From Takakia lepidozioides (lineage: Eukaryota; Plantae; Bryophyta), in assembly GCA_030704615.1 (NCBI GenBank), contig CM060732.1:43896001-43960000 (forward strand): 64,000 bases of DNA, read 5' to 3'. Position numbers and translations under genes: made by a program. Below the pieces are notes generated by a model. That model was not told the DNA's origin, made no database searches, and saw nothing but the letters and a program-made list of their open reading frames with translations. The stretch's first letter is position 1. The number at the start of each line of letters is the position of its first letter. Positions 53,401 through 64,000 of this stretch are shown here, one piece after another.

Positions 53401-53899
53401 GGAGGAGATATGGGAGGCATGGGATTTATGTGCGGAGCAGCACTACCACTAGAGCAGGTGGAGTCTGCTGCAGCCGTGACTCGAGGAGCAGCACGAGTTC
53501 CTGAGCCCACGAGGTGCAGAGGTGGAATTGGATCCACAGCGTGGGGAGGCAAGCCGTCAGGCAAGGCTTCCTCAGTCATTCACATTGGCGGAGACTGTGT
53601 CGACGCCATCCATGGCACCTAGTTCTCGCCCGACTGTTACCGAGGCGGAGGTTACTATGCCATTGGGAGAGCTACACGTGCAGCACTGACACCTGCCAAG
53701 GCTAGTGCGGCCGGTGTGTTATTGGGGGCAGCCACCTCTGTGTGTCAGCCCCACTGTTCTCGGCAACCATGATTGCGACGCCGGGGTGAGACCAGCTGCA
53801 GTGTTCAGACTAGCAGCAACACTCTGTGAGAGTGGGGAGGTCACTTCATCTTCTGCGGAGTTAGTGGAAGGTGTAGTGGCAGAGGGATCCTCGGATTTG

Positions 53900-54480
53900 A
53901 GGGTCAAGACTGCCACGGCTGCGCCATGGCAAGCTGCAGCTGCCAGGTTGACGGAGCTGCCAGCTAGGCCAGCCTTTGAGCGCGCCATGGTGACACCTGG
54001 AGTTGTCTTGTTAGACAACCAGGGAGGCATTTTCACTTTGAGTGGACCGGCAGGCAAGAAGTACCGGCCACTGCGGGTCTTGTTGGACTCAGGAGCTCAG
54101 CCACTGATGTTGGGCAGAGCTGCTATTGCAGGTTTGGGCCTCATGGAGGCGGATATGGAGCCTTGTCCTTTCCAGATACAGACATCTCTGGGAGGATCAG
54201 AGCAGGCTCGCGGCATGACACGGCATCAGTTGGCTATTAGACTGCAGCCGGATCATCCTGTAGATGGCTCAGTGATGCGAGCCAAGGCCATTGTGACAGA
54301 CGCGGTCTCTTACGATGTCCTCGTTGGTGGGGCAGTGTTATACCCCATGGGCTTCACCCTGGATTTCTGGGAGGAGTCAGCATCCTACAGGCCTGGATGG
54401 CAGTCAGGGGATGGTCGCCGTGCACAGCTCCCTGTGACATTCATTGGGGTATTGCAGCTGCCCAGCGGGGCAAGATGCCA
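53900..54480 (+). CDS. Aspartic protease domain of pol
   Basis: RVLLDSGAQPLML active-site motif and YDVLVGGAVL. Confidence 0.85.
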
Positions 54481-54797
54481 ACACTAGCCGCCTTCACAGC
54501 TGCAGTTAGTTGGCCTGGAGAGTTGCTGGAAGGCAATGCCCATGCAGAGGATGTGCCACCTCCAGCAGAGCAGGATGACATGCATGGTACGGCGGAGTTG
54601 CCTGCCATGGTTGCTCACACTCCGTTGTGGGGTACGAGCAAGGATTTGCAGCAAGGCTGCTGATGGACGGGTGCAACAAGCTTGGGTAGAAGCTTTTGTA
54701 CCGTCAAGAGGAGGAGAGTGCGGTGATTGCACCAGGGCCACCTCAGTTGTCGCCATTGGACACCACACCTCTTGTGTGGCAGCGGCCGGATGAAGGC

Positions 54798-55735
54798 ATT
54801 TGCCTTCTGGACTTGTTTGGCGGGATCAGCACCGGATTGGCTGCTGTGCTACAGGCAGGTGTGCGGGTAAGGCGTTACCTGTATGTGGAGAGGGATGAGA
54901 CTGCACGACGCGTCTCACTGCGCCATGTGGCTCAGTTGGTACAGCAGTACCCTGACTTGTTGCCTGTGTCTGCAGTTCGTGGATACCACAAGCCTTGCCA
55001 GCAGACATTTCCTTGTGGGGGCGCAGGATTTGGAGCAGGTTGGCTCCATTGTTCTGGTAGTGGCAGGTTGGCCCTGCCAAGGGCATTCATCAGCCGGGCA
55101 TGGCAATGGATTGCGAGACTCGAGGACGGGGTTTTGGGAGATGGTGCGGTTTTGCGCTGCTTGCAGCTTCATCAAGCTGTATCTCCAACATACATCTTGG
55201 AGAATGTACCACTGATGGGTGATTCTCGGGCCAGGGTGATGGCCAGTTGTGCCATCAAGTCGGTCGTGGCTTGGGTCAGCAGTGTTGCTGATGCAGCTGC
55301 AGGGGTCACGGGCTCATCGTCCACGACTATGGTGGACTAACTTGATGCCACCGCACTGCTCAAGCGTGCATGTTGTGATGGGTGCAGCGGCCAGCACACC
55401 TCACCGTGGATGGCATTTTGGACACAGGAGGCAGTCTCAATGTGTGAGACACGATGACCGTTCGCCTTTGGCAGTGGTCAACAGGGTGGGTTAACCACGA
55501 GCAGCATTACCTACACTGCTCAGCTCCCAGGATCCCATGCTTTTCGGGATGGTGGACCTGGCCTCTTGTGGGATGCTCAGTTGCAGCAGTTAGTGGACTA
55601 ATGCCGCACGAGCGAGAGCGGGCTATGGGGTTTTCCACTGGGACCACGGCGGTGCCTTCTCTTTCTGAGGCATCACGTCGTCAGTGTTGGGGCAAGCAAT
55701 GGATCTCAATTGCTTGACTGGATTGTCAGCTTGGC
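54798..55735 (+). CDS. DNMT3-like C5 cytosine methyltransferase domain of pol (frameshifted as assembled)
   Basis: Motif I LLDLFGGISTG (54804), II YLYVERD, IV VAGWPCQGHS (PC at 55072-55077), VI YILENV (E at 55200), VIII AHRPRLWWTNL (55312-55344), IX ERERAMGF (55610) and X RRQ-LGQAMD (about 55676-55704), in canonical order. Confidence 0.9.
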
Positions 55736-56179
55736 TATGAGCAACGTAGAGTGCGGAGTGCACTTCCCTTGACAGTCTCTCTGCCTACCGAGACGGTATA
55801 GGCAGCGAGTGGGGGCGAGCCGGTGAGGACCACGAGGTGTAGACATCCATGGCACATGTGGGAGGTGCTCGAGGTTCAGAGGGAGTTGGCAGCGAAGGCA
55901 GCTGTGATGGATGGGGTTGGGGATTTCTTCTCGAGATGAGGAGGTTCTCAATGATGAGATGATGGGGCAGGATGAGGCCTTGTCATTGACTGAGCAGGAA
56001 GGGGGTACTGCTCAAGAGGTTGCAGCATAGCAACCACGGGACGCGTCCTCTACCTCTAAGCCCACTGGACTTAAGGTTGCAGTTACGGAGGACAATTGGG
56101 AGCCTGACATTGGACCCATTGTCACCGGAGGAGAGAGACGAGTATACGGCGGTTCCTGAGGGCTTATAGGAATTGCTGT

Positions 56180-57520
56180 GCCTTCAGTTTGAAGGACTTG
56201 GGAGCACTGAAGGGTCAAGAGATCCGTATTGAGTTGGCCACTGACACCCAATCTTTCGGAGACCCTATAGATACAGTGACATGGAGAGGTCTTTGATTCA
56301 GATGAGGACTCAAGATCTCTGGGAGGCAGGTTTGGTGGAGCTCTCTGGTGGAGAGTATGCTTCAGCCACAGTGATGCCAGCTAAGAAGGATGTCTATGGC
56401 AATTGGACGGAGAGACGTATGTGCGGTGATTACCGGCCTGTAAATCGTCAGACCAAGTCCGATAGGTATGCCATGCCAACACCAGAGGAGATCTTGATCT
56501 TTGTGCCATTGGGCATTCCAAGGTCTTTAACACGTTGGATTTACGATCCGGATATCACCAGTTGCCGATCAAGGAGGCGGATAAGCAAAAACGGCATTCT
56601 GGGGGATCAATGAGCACGGGAAGGATTGCCTATACCAGTGGCGGTTCTTACCATTTGGGCTTAAAAACGCTCCCGCTGAGTTTCAAAGAGTCATGGACAG
56701 GATTCTAGCAGGGGTGGAGTTTGCTCGGTGCTACATAGATGACATCATCATCTTTAGTGCTACGGTGGAGGAGCATGAGAGACACCTTCAGGGGGTATTT
56801 GAGCGCTTGAGGACGCACGGATTGAAGTTACATCCGGGCAAGTGCAAGTTTTTCCACAACCAGATTGAGTATCTGGGTCACATGATATATCCTGGAGGAT
56901 TGGGGGTACAGCAGACTAAGGTAGAGTCCATTGCACAGGTTCCACGCCCACGGATGTGAGCCGAGTTCGAGCTTTCATGGGGTTAGCAAACTATTACAGA
57001 CGGTTTGTTAAGGGATTTAGTGCCATTGCAAAGGCTCTAACCAAGCTGACCAAGGTGGACCAGGAGTGGCAGTGGGAAGATGAGCAAGAACAAGCTTTTC
57101 AAGAGCTCAAGGCGAGGTTGACCTCGGCGCCCATCTTGAGACGACCTATCAGGGGGCGTCCTTTTCAGCTGCATACAGATTGGAGCATGCTGGGGCTTGG
57201 AGCGGTGCTCACACAGGTGGATGATGAGGGAAGAGAGTTCGTAGTGGCTTATGCTAGCCGCTCGAACAATGCTGCAGAGTCTAAGTATAGCTCATATGAG
57301 GGAGAATGCTTAGCTGCAGTGTGGGCCGTGGCACACTTCAGGTGCTATCTATACGGCAATCTCTTCACCCTTGTCACGGATCACCAACCACTCAAGTGGT
57401 TGATGGAGTCAGACAAGCTTACGGGGAAGCTTGCACGGTGGGCACTCATCCTTCAAGAGTATGACTTTCGGGTTTTGGTCAATCGCAATGCAGATGGGTT
57501 GAGTCGCAATCCATGCACGA
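56180..57520 (+). CDS. Reverse transcriptase and RNase H domains of pol (frameshifted)
   Basis: RMCGDYRPVN..DRYAMP, LPFGLKNAPAEFQRVMD, CYIDDIIIF (YIDD at 56732-56743), IEYLGHMI, LHTDWSMLGLGAVL, YSSYEGECLA and VTDHQPLKWL. Confidence 0.95.
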
Positions 57521-57899
57521 GCCAGCAGGATGACACTGGAGCTCGGTGGCATGGTGAGACGGACGAGGAGATGGTGCCGGATGGCATGCATCTGCATTTC
57601 TGTGTATCTTGGCAGCGGAAGGCCAGGTTGGACCTGCAACAGGGATGACTGTGGATCAAGTGTCTGAGGACCCTGAGGCCAGCAATGAGCAAGGTGGCGC
57701 CAAAGATATACATGAGGATTCAGCTGTGTTGGACTATCTTCGCACTGGAGACACGGCAGCCACTGTGACTGCCAAGGAGAGGGATCGGATCCTACAACGA
57801 GCCAAGAGGTTCAAGTGGGAGGGGACACACCTGCTCCGAGTGTGGGAGGATGGTCGAGTGAGGATTGTGCCTCACCCAACACAGCGGGCACGGTTAGTG

Positions 57900-58950
57900 C
57901 GGCATGCCACGAGGAGTTGGGGCATTTTGGGGTGCGACGCACCCATAGCCTACTGCAGGGGCAGTATTGGTGGCGTGGTATGCACACAGAGGTGCAACAA
58001 TTTGTGGCTAGGTGCATGGTGTGTGACAGGGTGCGTGCTTCATTCAACGCCCCTACTCCACAATTGCACCCTCTTCCGATCATGGGATTGGGCTACAGGT
58101 GGAGTCTTGACTTCGCAGGGCCGTTGCCACTGACCATGCGCCACAACAAGTACGTGTTGGTGATGGTGGAGCACTTCTCCAATTGGATTGAATTGGTTCC
58201 ATTGCCTGATAAGGCTAGTGAGGGAGCTGCGTATGCATTCTTGGATTGTGTGCTTAGCCGATTCGGTGCTCCAGCTGAGGTACTCACGGACCAAGGGAGA
58301 GAGTTCTTGGGGAGTTTCAGGCTTTGTGTGACAAGGCCTTGATAGACCACCGCACCACTTCTCGGGATCATCCTGAGGCCGATGGCTTAGCAGAGAGAGT
58401 TGTTCAGACAGTAAAGAGGGGTTTGCGCAAGTATGGCTTGCAGAAGGGACACCTAGGAGATTGGGACCTTCAGTTACCCTGGTTAGCCATGGGCTACAGG
58501 TTCAGCAAGCAAGCATCACTTGCCTCCTTCTCACCATACTTTCTTCTCTTTGGCCGAGAGCCGGATTTGCCTACATCCATTCGCAGAGAAGCTGCTACAG
58601 TTCTTAACCTTGACGATCTGGACGTATGGGCACGTGCATGTGAGCAGCGTGCAGAGTTGTTCAAGAGAGTCATGCCCATGGCTTTCGAGAACCTTGCCAT
58701 TGCACAACACCGTGATACGTTGAGGTATGCTACCATACGTGGTGGGGGCTATCGTCCTGGGGTTCGGAGATTCAACCCTGGTGACTATGTCTATCTGCAG
58801 CAGACTGCTCCTACGACCCTGGATGTGACTGCAGGACGTGTTATTTTGAGGGTACGAGAGGTCTTGCCCTCAGGCGTCTTGGTCTTGGAGGGTCGGGATG
58901 GCATAACTTGGAAGGACCATGTGCGTAATTGTGCGCCATGTCACCTTCCG
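57900..58950 (+). CDS. DDE integrase (HHCC zinc finger plus rve core)
   Basis: HEELGHFG..CMVC; WSLDFAGP; VLTDQGREF; HPEADGLAERVVQTVK; FSPYFLLFGREP. Confidence 0.95.
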
Positions 58951-59004
58951 AATGTCGATGGCAGGATTGACCCAAACCTGGCAGTGGTATCTGCAGGTTT
59001 GAGG

Positions 59005-59148
59005 TGCATGTTGTGTGGGTCTGCTAAAGGGGCAGCCACCATGCTGGTGTGTGATCGATGCTCTATAGGTTGGCATATGGGGTGCTTGACTCCACCTCTT
59101 GAGATGGTTCCAGATGGGGATTGGTTATGTCCACAATGCATTGGATAG
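59005..59148 (+). CDS. C-terminal PHD finger fused to integrase
   Basis: CMLCGSAKGAATMLVCDRCSIGWHMGCLTPPLEMVPDGDWLCPQC is a C4HC3 pattern with the conserved W; in frame with the integrase C-terminal half; stop at 59148. Confidence 0.92.
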   Translation, partial: CMLCGSAKGAATMLVCDRCSIGWHMGCLTPPLEMVPDGDWLCPQCIG

Positions 59149-59396
59149 TGGGAGTGGATACAACCATGGGAGGCTAACAAGCAACGCAAGGCCCAGCTAT
59201 AGGAGACCTTGAATACACGAAGTCCTGGCTCAAGTTCACAGATTGCAAGACGGCGACTAACGATGGGGCTACTCTTGTACCCGGCCTCTTGGTCTATAGA
59301 GTTTGAGTGCGATAGGGACAGTGATACAGGACTTAGTACGGCTATGGCTATTACGTCTTGTAGCTATCTGGAGGTAGAGGGACCTATCCACCAGCT

Positions 59397-59406
59397 AGGG
59401 GGGCGA
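59397..59406 (+). other. Polypurine tract
   Basis: AGGGGGGCGA lies one nucleotide before TGTGGTAAAC (start of B1). Confidence 0.7.
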
Positions 59407-59407
59407 T

Positions 59408-59928
59408 TGTGGTAAACTACTTTATTGTGCATATATGTGTGGTGTGGTTTGGACAGCGATGTAGTTGTGTAGCGATATGTATGCGCACGACAGCTGTCAA
59501 GTTAAATAAGCACAGTGTGAAAACAACTAGAATAAAACTAGTTATTTGTATTTAACACTTGGATTTAGGTCAAGTGTTAAATCAGGTGTCAAGTTTAGTT
59601 TGACACCTGGTCCGTCTTATCTTCACAAGAGCGGCAGTCGCGCGGCTCATCTTTCTCGAGTTGAGCCTGCGCGACCGAGCTCCTGCATGTGTTTAGATTT
59701 GAGTGTGCTTATGTAGGGGTACAGGTTGTTGTGGGGTGGAGTCCCCATAGCTTGGGGTGCCCCTGGCTCGACTACTATTTTCTAAGAGTGATGGTTTGGT
59801 TTTCATGTTTTGTGTCACAGTGTGTTCGTTGGATTTCTATCATTGTGGTAAACTACTTTATTGTGCATATATGTGTGGTGTGGTTTGGACAGCGATGTAG
59901 TTGTGTAGCGATATGTATGCGCATGACA
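59408..59928 (+). repeat. 3' repeat block B1 (59408-59492), GC, A2 (59495-59842), T, B2 (59844-59928)
   Basis: B1 and B2 are 85-bp copies differing by one C/T near the end (GCACGACA vs GCATGACA); A2 matches A1. Confidence 0.95.
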
Positions 59929-59932
59929 CCAC

Positions 59933-60399
59933 CATGCAGTCGGCCACGCCGACCTTGACTTCATGTCTAGCTTGTACCTCTAGTCTGATCTCTTGTTTAT
60001 ATTCACTCATGTTCTCGTCCTTGACAGTTTGGCGAGACTAAAGAGTATCCAGTCTCGTCTCCTATATATACTGGCTACTAAGAAGTTCCCTAAGAAACTT
60101 CTCCTATAGAGGTTTCTTGATGAAGAAGTTTCCAAGATTAAACAAATGTTTCCTCATGGAGAAGCTTCCTTAAACAAAAGAGGTATCTTGATGGAGAAGT
60201 TTCCTCCAAAGGAAGCTTTCTGAGCAGTTTCCAAGTTACTCTTGGTAATTTGGTAAACTTCCGGTAACTTGGTAACTAATGGTAAATCATGGTAGATTAT
60301 GATAAATTATGGTAAGTCATGGTAACTTCCGATAACATGGTAACTTGATAACTTCTGGTATTTACTCCTGATAAATTCCTCTATGCTATATCCGTGACA
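59933..60399. mobile_element. Right part of the older Ty3/Gypsy LTR remnant
   Basis: 59933-60024 is the reverse complement of about 47431-47523. 60028-60330 matches 47707-47990. Ends GTGACA at 60399. Confidence 0.78.
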
Positions 60400-63300
60400 G
60401 TTGCAAATCCAAGTGATGCCAACTTAATGTTATTTCTCTAAATGTTAACAAGCCTTAACCTCTTATATTCGCAAATGTCATCTTTCAGTGTTGGCCTCAT
60501 CTCAAAAGATTTTCGAACGTTGGCTCGTCGCTTGAGATCAGTTGTTCCATGTTTTTTCTATACATAAACGCATGAAGAGAATTGTAACAATGTAAATTGG
60601 ATCCTGTAACCAAATAATCCTGCAACCAAGTAATGGATTTTTGTTCAGCTGGGAATAAAACTAGACCTGATACAAAGTGCCCTCACAGTCCAATTACATG
60701 TTTGGTGGTGGAGGTTGGATTAATAAAATTGTAACATAACTTGTGGTTGTAGTTGCATGCTTCAATTGGTGATGGTTTCTCGTTGCTGCTCGAGAGAGAG
60801 CGAGCGAGGCTCTTGTGTTTTGTAAGTAGTTTTGTATGTCTTGTGTCTACTGAGGTGTACGTATAGAGCTGTGGGAATCAGTAAGTCCTGACAACGAGCT
60901 GTTGTGCAGATTCGCCCGGATAGAACGGGTGTTATTTGCTATGCATTTTTGAGGTTTTCAGTGTTGAAGTTAGATATTCTGCATATGCTGTATAATGGAA
61001 GGGGAAGGCGAGGAGGAGATGCGGGGCATCTTACCGAGTAGGCCACAACTGGAACTTTGTCAACTAGATGGATAACACTTGTGTATGATAAATTTGAGAT
61101 TTTATGTTGAATTCCAAAACAATTAGCGCGCATAAAAAGAAAAGAGCAGGAAAAGGGTGAGGGATGACTTGAGGGGATGCATCTACAAGTATTGTCAAGG
61201 TTTGAGAGATTACCATAGAACCAACTTATGAGATCTTCCCTCAAGTCTTAACCCAATAGGAGACAATGATCTTCCTTGTTGACTAGATTATGCACAAGTC
61301 AAGAAAGATAAATTTCTGAGTTCATTGCAATCAAGGATTTCTTGTAGGTGTGAACATGAGGTCATTGACAAATGGAATCTAACAAGAGGTTCACTGACAA
61401 TCAAGGGAGTATAGGATCAGGTGGCTTAGTTTGGACGTCACGTCACTGCAGTTTTTCAGTGAGTGATCTTCATATTATCCGTAGTTCATTGAGCAAATAA
61501 ATTTATCTTCATCCCAAATGAGATTAAATGTTGCTAACCATCTACCATATCTACATGTTGGTATGATCATTTTGCAAGTTAGATGATTTTTCAAGGAGAC
61601 TTTTGAGAACTTGCACTTTGGGCTGTCACATTCCCAGTTTGTCCACAATCGGACTCTTAAACACTAAATTTGCACTTACTCATTTCCAAATATATATTAT
61701 CGTTGAAGAATAAGAGACATGGATGAATTTATCGACAATTTCATTCATTTGTTAGTTTGCTACAAACTTTTATATACCTCCAAACATACCCAAAATTTCA
61801 AAAGTCCATGGTGTTTAAAAATTGTCATATTTGGATAGAACTCTTCAATGACAATATAAAGATTGTCATTATCTGTATAGATCATACATACATCTTGATG
61901 TTGCCACTAGAAGCAATGACAGTCCAGATTTGTTCCAGCAGACAACCCAACCCAATTTAGCACACTAGTTCATATGCCGAATTGCATCTGCTTCTCTTCG
62001 TAATCTAATATACTTTCACTTTTTTGCCTTGATTGCCCCATCATTGACTGGGGTGGGAACATTCCAAAGTTTCTTATTGTTTCTATTATTTGTTTTGGAT
62101 ATTTCCACAATGGCAGCAACATGTCACCATAGGTCCGGTCCACCCAATGAGCTAGCTTGGAGAATGGAACGTGAAAAGTTAGGGAGGATTCTGGTAAGAT
62201 GGATAAACATGTTGAAATGTGTTGACTTCATTAGAGTGTTTGTTTTTGTCAATTGTGACGCTGCCAAATTGCTGCTTCCAGTTGACCAACTACCTATGCA
62301 GGACATTTCGTGGGCGAAACTTAATGATCTAAGATAATCATGGAAAAGACCCAGGAAGAGAGAAGAAAAAAAAAGAAAAAAGAAAAAAGAAAAACCAAGT
62401 TTCGCTGGTGAAACTTCAATATTCCTAGCCCTAGTTGTGCCCAAAGAAGAACCAAAAAGTTTCGCTGACGAAACTTCAATGATTTTGGCTCACAAACAAA
62501 CACCAAAAAAAACACCTCAGCATTCGCCGCGAAACTTCAAGAGTTTTGCCAGAATCTCAAAAATAGATAGCTTGTGCTCACAGCATACTTTTGCAACAGT
62601 TTTGCAATCCGTTGGCGTAAGCACAATTCCTTTTGACGTAGAATCTTTAAAAATTATTCAAATAATATGCTGAATATTCGCTTTTGCTCGCGTGAGTGGC
62701 GTGAGTGGCGTGAGCCGTGAGTGGCCAACTGATTGCATGAATGGTCCGCACACAAAGCAGAAACACTTGCACACATTCCTTATGGTGGTCAGTTGTGGTC
62801 CTCGACCTCGGTGGTTCGCATGTTTCTGCTGGACTTGAGGTAAACTCGCTTTTGGCCAGACAATTGAGTCCTTCTTCTTGGGATCAGTTAGCATTTGTCC
62901 AATTCAGCACATGGAGAAAAGAGCATGCCCCTCTGAATCACGACAGCTGAGACGAGGCTGCTGCTAATCAATGCAGGGTGACATTACAAGCCTTGACATT
63001 ACGAATCTCCATCTCAACCCCTCTCCCCGGGGAGGACTTGCTGCCCTTTGCCAGGTGAGTTCCTCCAGCAGAGTAGGGTGGGGATTGCTGGTGAATCTCT
63101 GGGTGGGCTTGGCCAGGTAGATACTACTGCAACGAAAGTGATTGGCATCATTTGGTCCTGTAGTGATTTGTGTGGAAGCTTTTACCAAAGGTGGGTCATA
63201 GTAAAGGACTTGGAAGATGATTTAAGGATGCAAGAGAAACAATGGTGGTGAGAAAGACAAGTATGTAATGTTGGCGGCTTTTACAGAATTGAGCATTCGG

Positions 63301-64000
63301 AGAACAATCGAGAGGTGCCCCGGTGTCTCCTTATAGTGGTCACCTTAGTAGATTTAGCATTGTAAAGCTGATCTACAACTCCTGGTTCTGGTTCTGGTTC
63401 ATATTTAGGTTGTTTGGTGGGTGCGATGGCCATCGGCTTCCCTGCCATTTACATAATGTGATGTCAGAACCTCCAAGATTTTGCAACTTACTGCAAGGAA
63501 GGAATCTCTTCTTTTTTCTGTGTGCTGTGTGCACTATTTCTACCAGCTCAACTGTGCTCAGTGTCCCTGTTCACACAGCTGACCCGAGCATTGGTAACCT
63601 CTCTTTCTCTCAGTTTCATTGACACACATGAGCCTTGTGCTGACCATTAAATAGGAAACATTCATCATTAGGTGAGGTCCTTAGGACCTCAGAAGATAGC
63701 TCAGGATGCTGTTCATTTTGTAGATTTAACTGCAAGAGACATGAGCAATAACGCACCAATGACAGAAGTACGAGGTGTGTGCAAGCCATGGACATCCCTT
63801 TGCAGATATATCTCTGCCAGATACTCAAAAACTGCAGGCATCCCCAGCCCGAATTGCAAAATCCATCAGCTGAAAAAACCTATGTGGTATGAGTCAGCTA
63901 TGCTTCTTCTCAGAAGCTTTGGTTACATGAGAAAGGGCTGTCCAGCATTTCTTCGGCAACACTTTGACAAGCTGACAGGAAGAGAGATTGGCTTGGGATC

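Larger units (their letters stand above)
48021..59928 (+). mobile_element. Ty3/Gypsy retrotransposon with DNMT3-like methyltransferase and PHD finger; split-repeat (A-internal-B-A-B) termini
   Basis: Termini TGTCA...TGACA; 4-bp TSD CCAC at 48017-48020 and 59929-59932. The homologous empty site, inverted at about 47500-47540, has a single CCAC. Domain order gag-PR-DNMT-RT-RH-IN-PHD. Confidence 0.95.

Noticed and set aside
48021-59928. DIRS/PAT/Ngaro tyrosine-recombinase retrotransposon (because of the split direct repeats)
   Set aside because: No tyrosine-recombinase ORF recognised. The element has a protease, an HHCC-DDE integrase, TG..CA ends and a 4-bp TSD.
59495-59928. A-T-B as the conventional LTR
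   Set aside because: It has neat TGTCA/TGACA ends, but the PBS follows A and the PPT precedes B, and no intact A-B copy exists at the 5' end.
60700-64000. Decayed transposase or gene exons at the right end of the window
   Set aside because: Only short ORFs without diagnostic motifs; cannot be supported without a homology search.

Overview
Nuclear DNA of a land plant, probably a non-seed lineage; the organism cannot be fixed from sequence alone. There are three intact spliced genes on the minus strand: a large TRF4/PAP-like nucleotidyltransferase (15746-31455), a beta-amylase (34515-36948) and a mitochondrial Tim21-like protein (42485-44711). A tRNA-Trp(CCA) gene is at 40373-40444. The rest is rich in transposons: two non-autonomous CACTA elements associated with PPR fragments, a hAT MITE, a LINE derivative lacking RT plus several of its 3' ends, a long foldback, and a decayed, rearranged Ty3/Gypsy remnant. 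The stand-out feature is an 11.9-kb Ty3/Gypsy element (48021-59928, 4-bp TSD CCAC). Its pol encodes a DNMT3-like C5 cytosine methyltransferase between protease and RT and ends in a PHD finger. It has a Tf1-type self-priming PBS and carries captured LUC7 and NDA gene fragments. Its repeats are arranged A-internal-B-A-B rather than as two equal LTRs, which is what a 2-LTR circle would give if opened at an internal palindrome (GACA^GC^TGTC) and integrated. All homology calls are from my reading of motifs, not from database searches.
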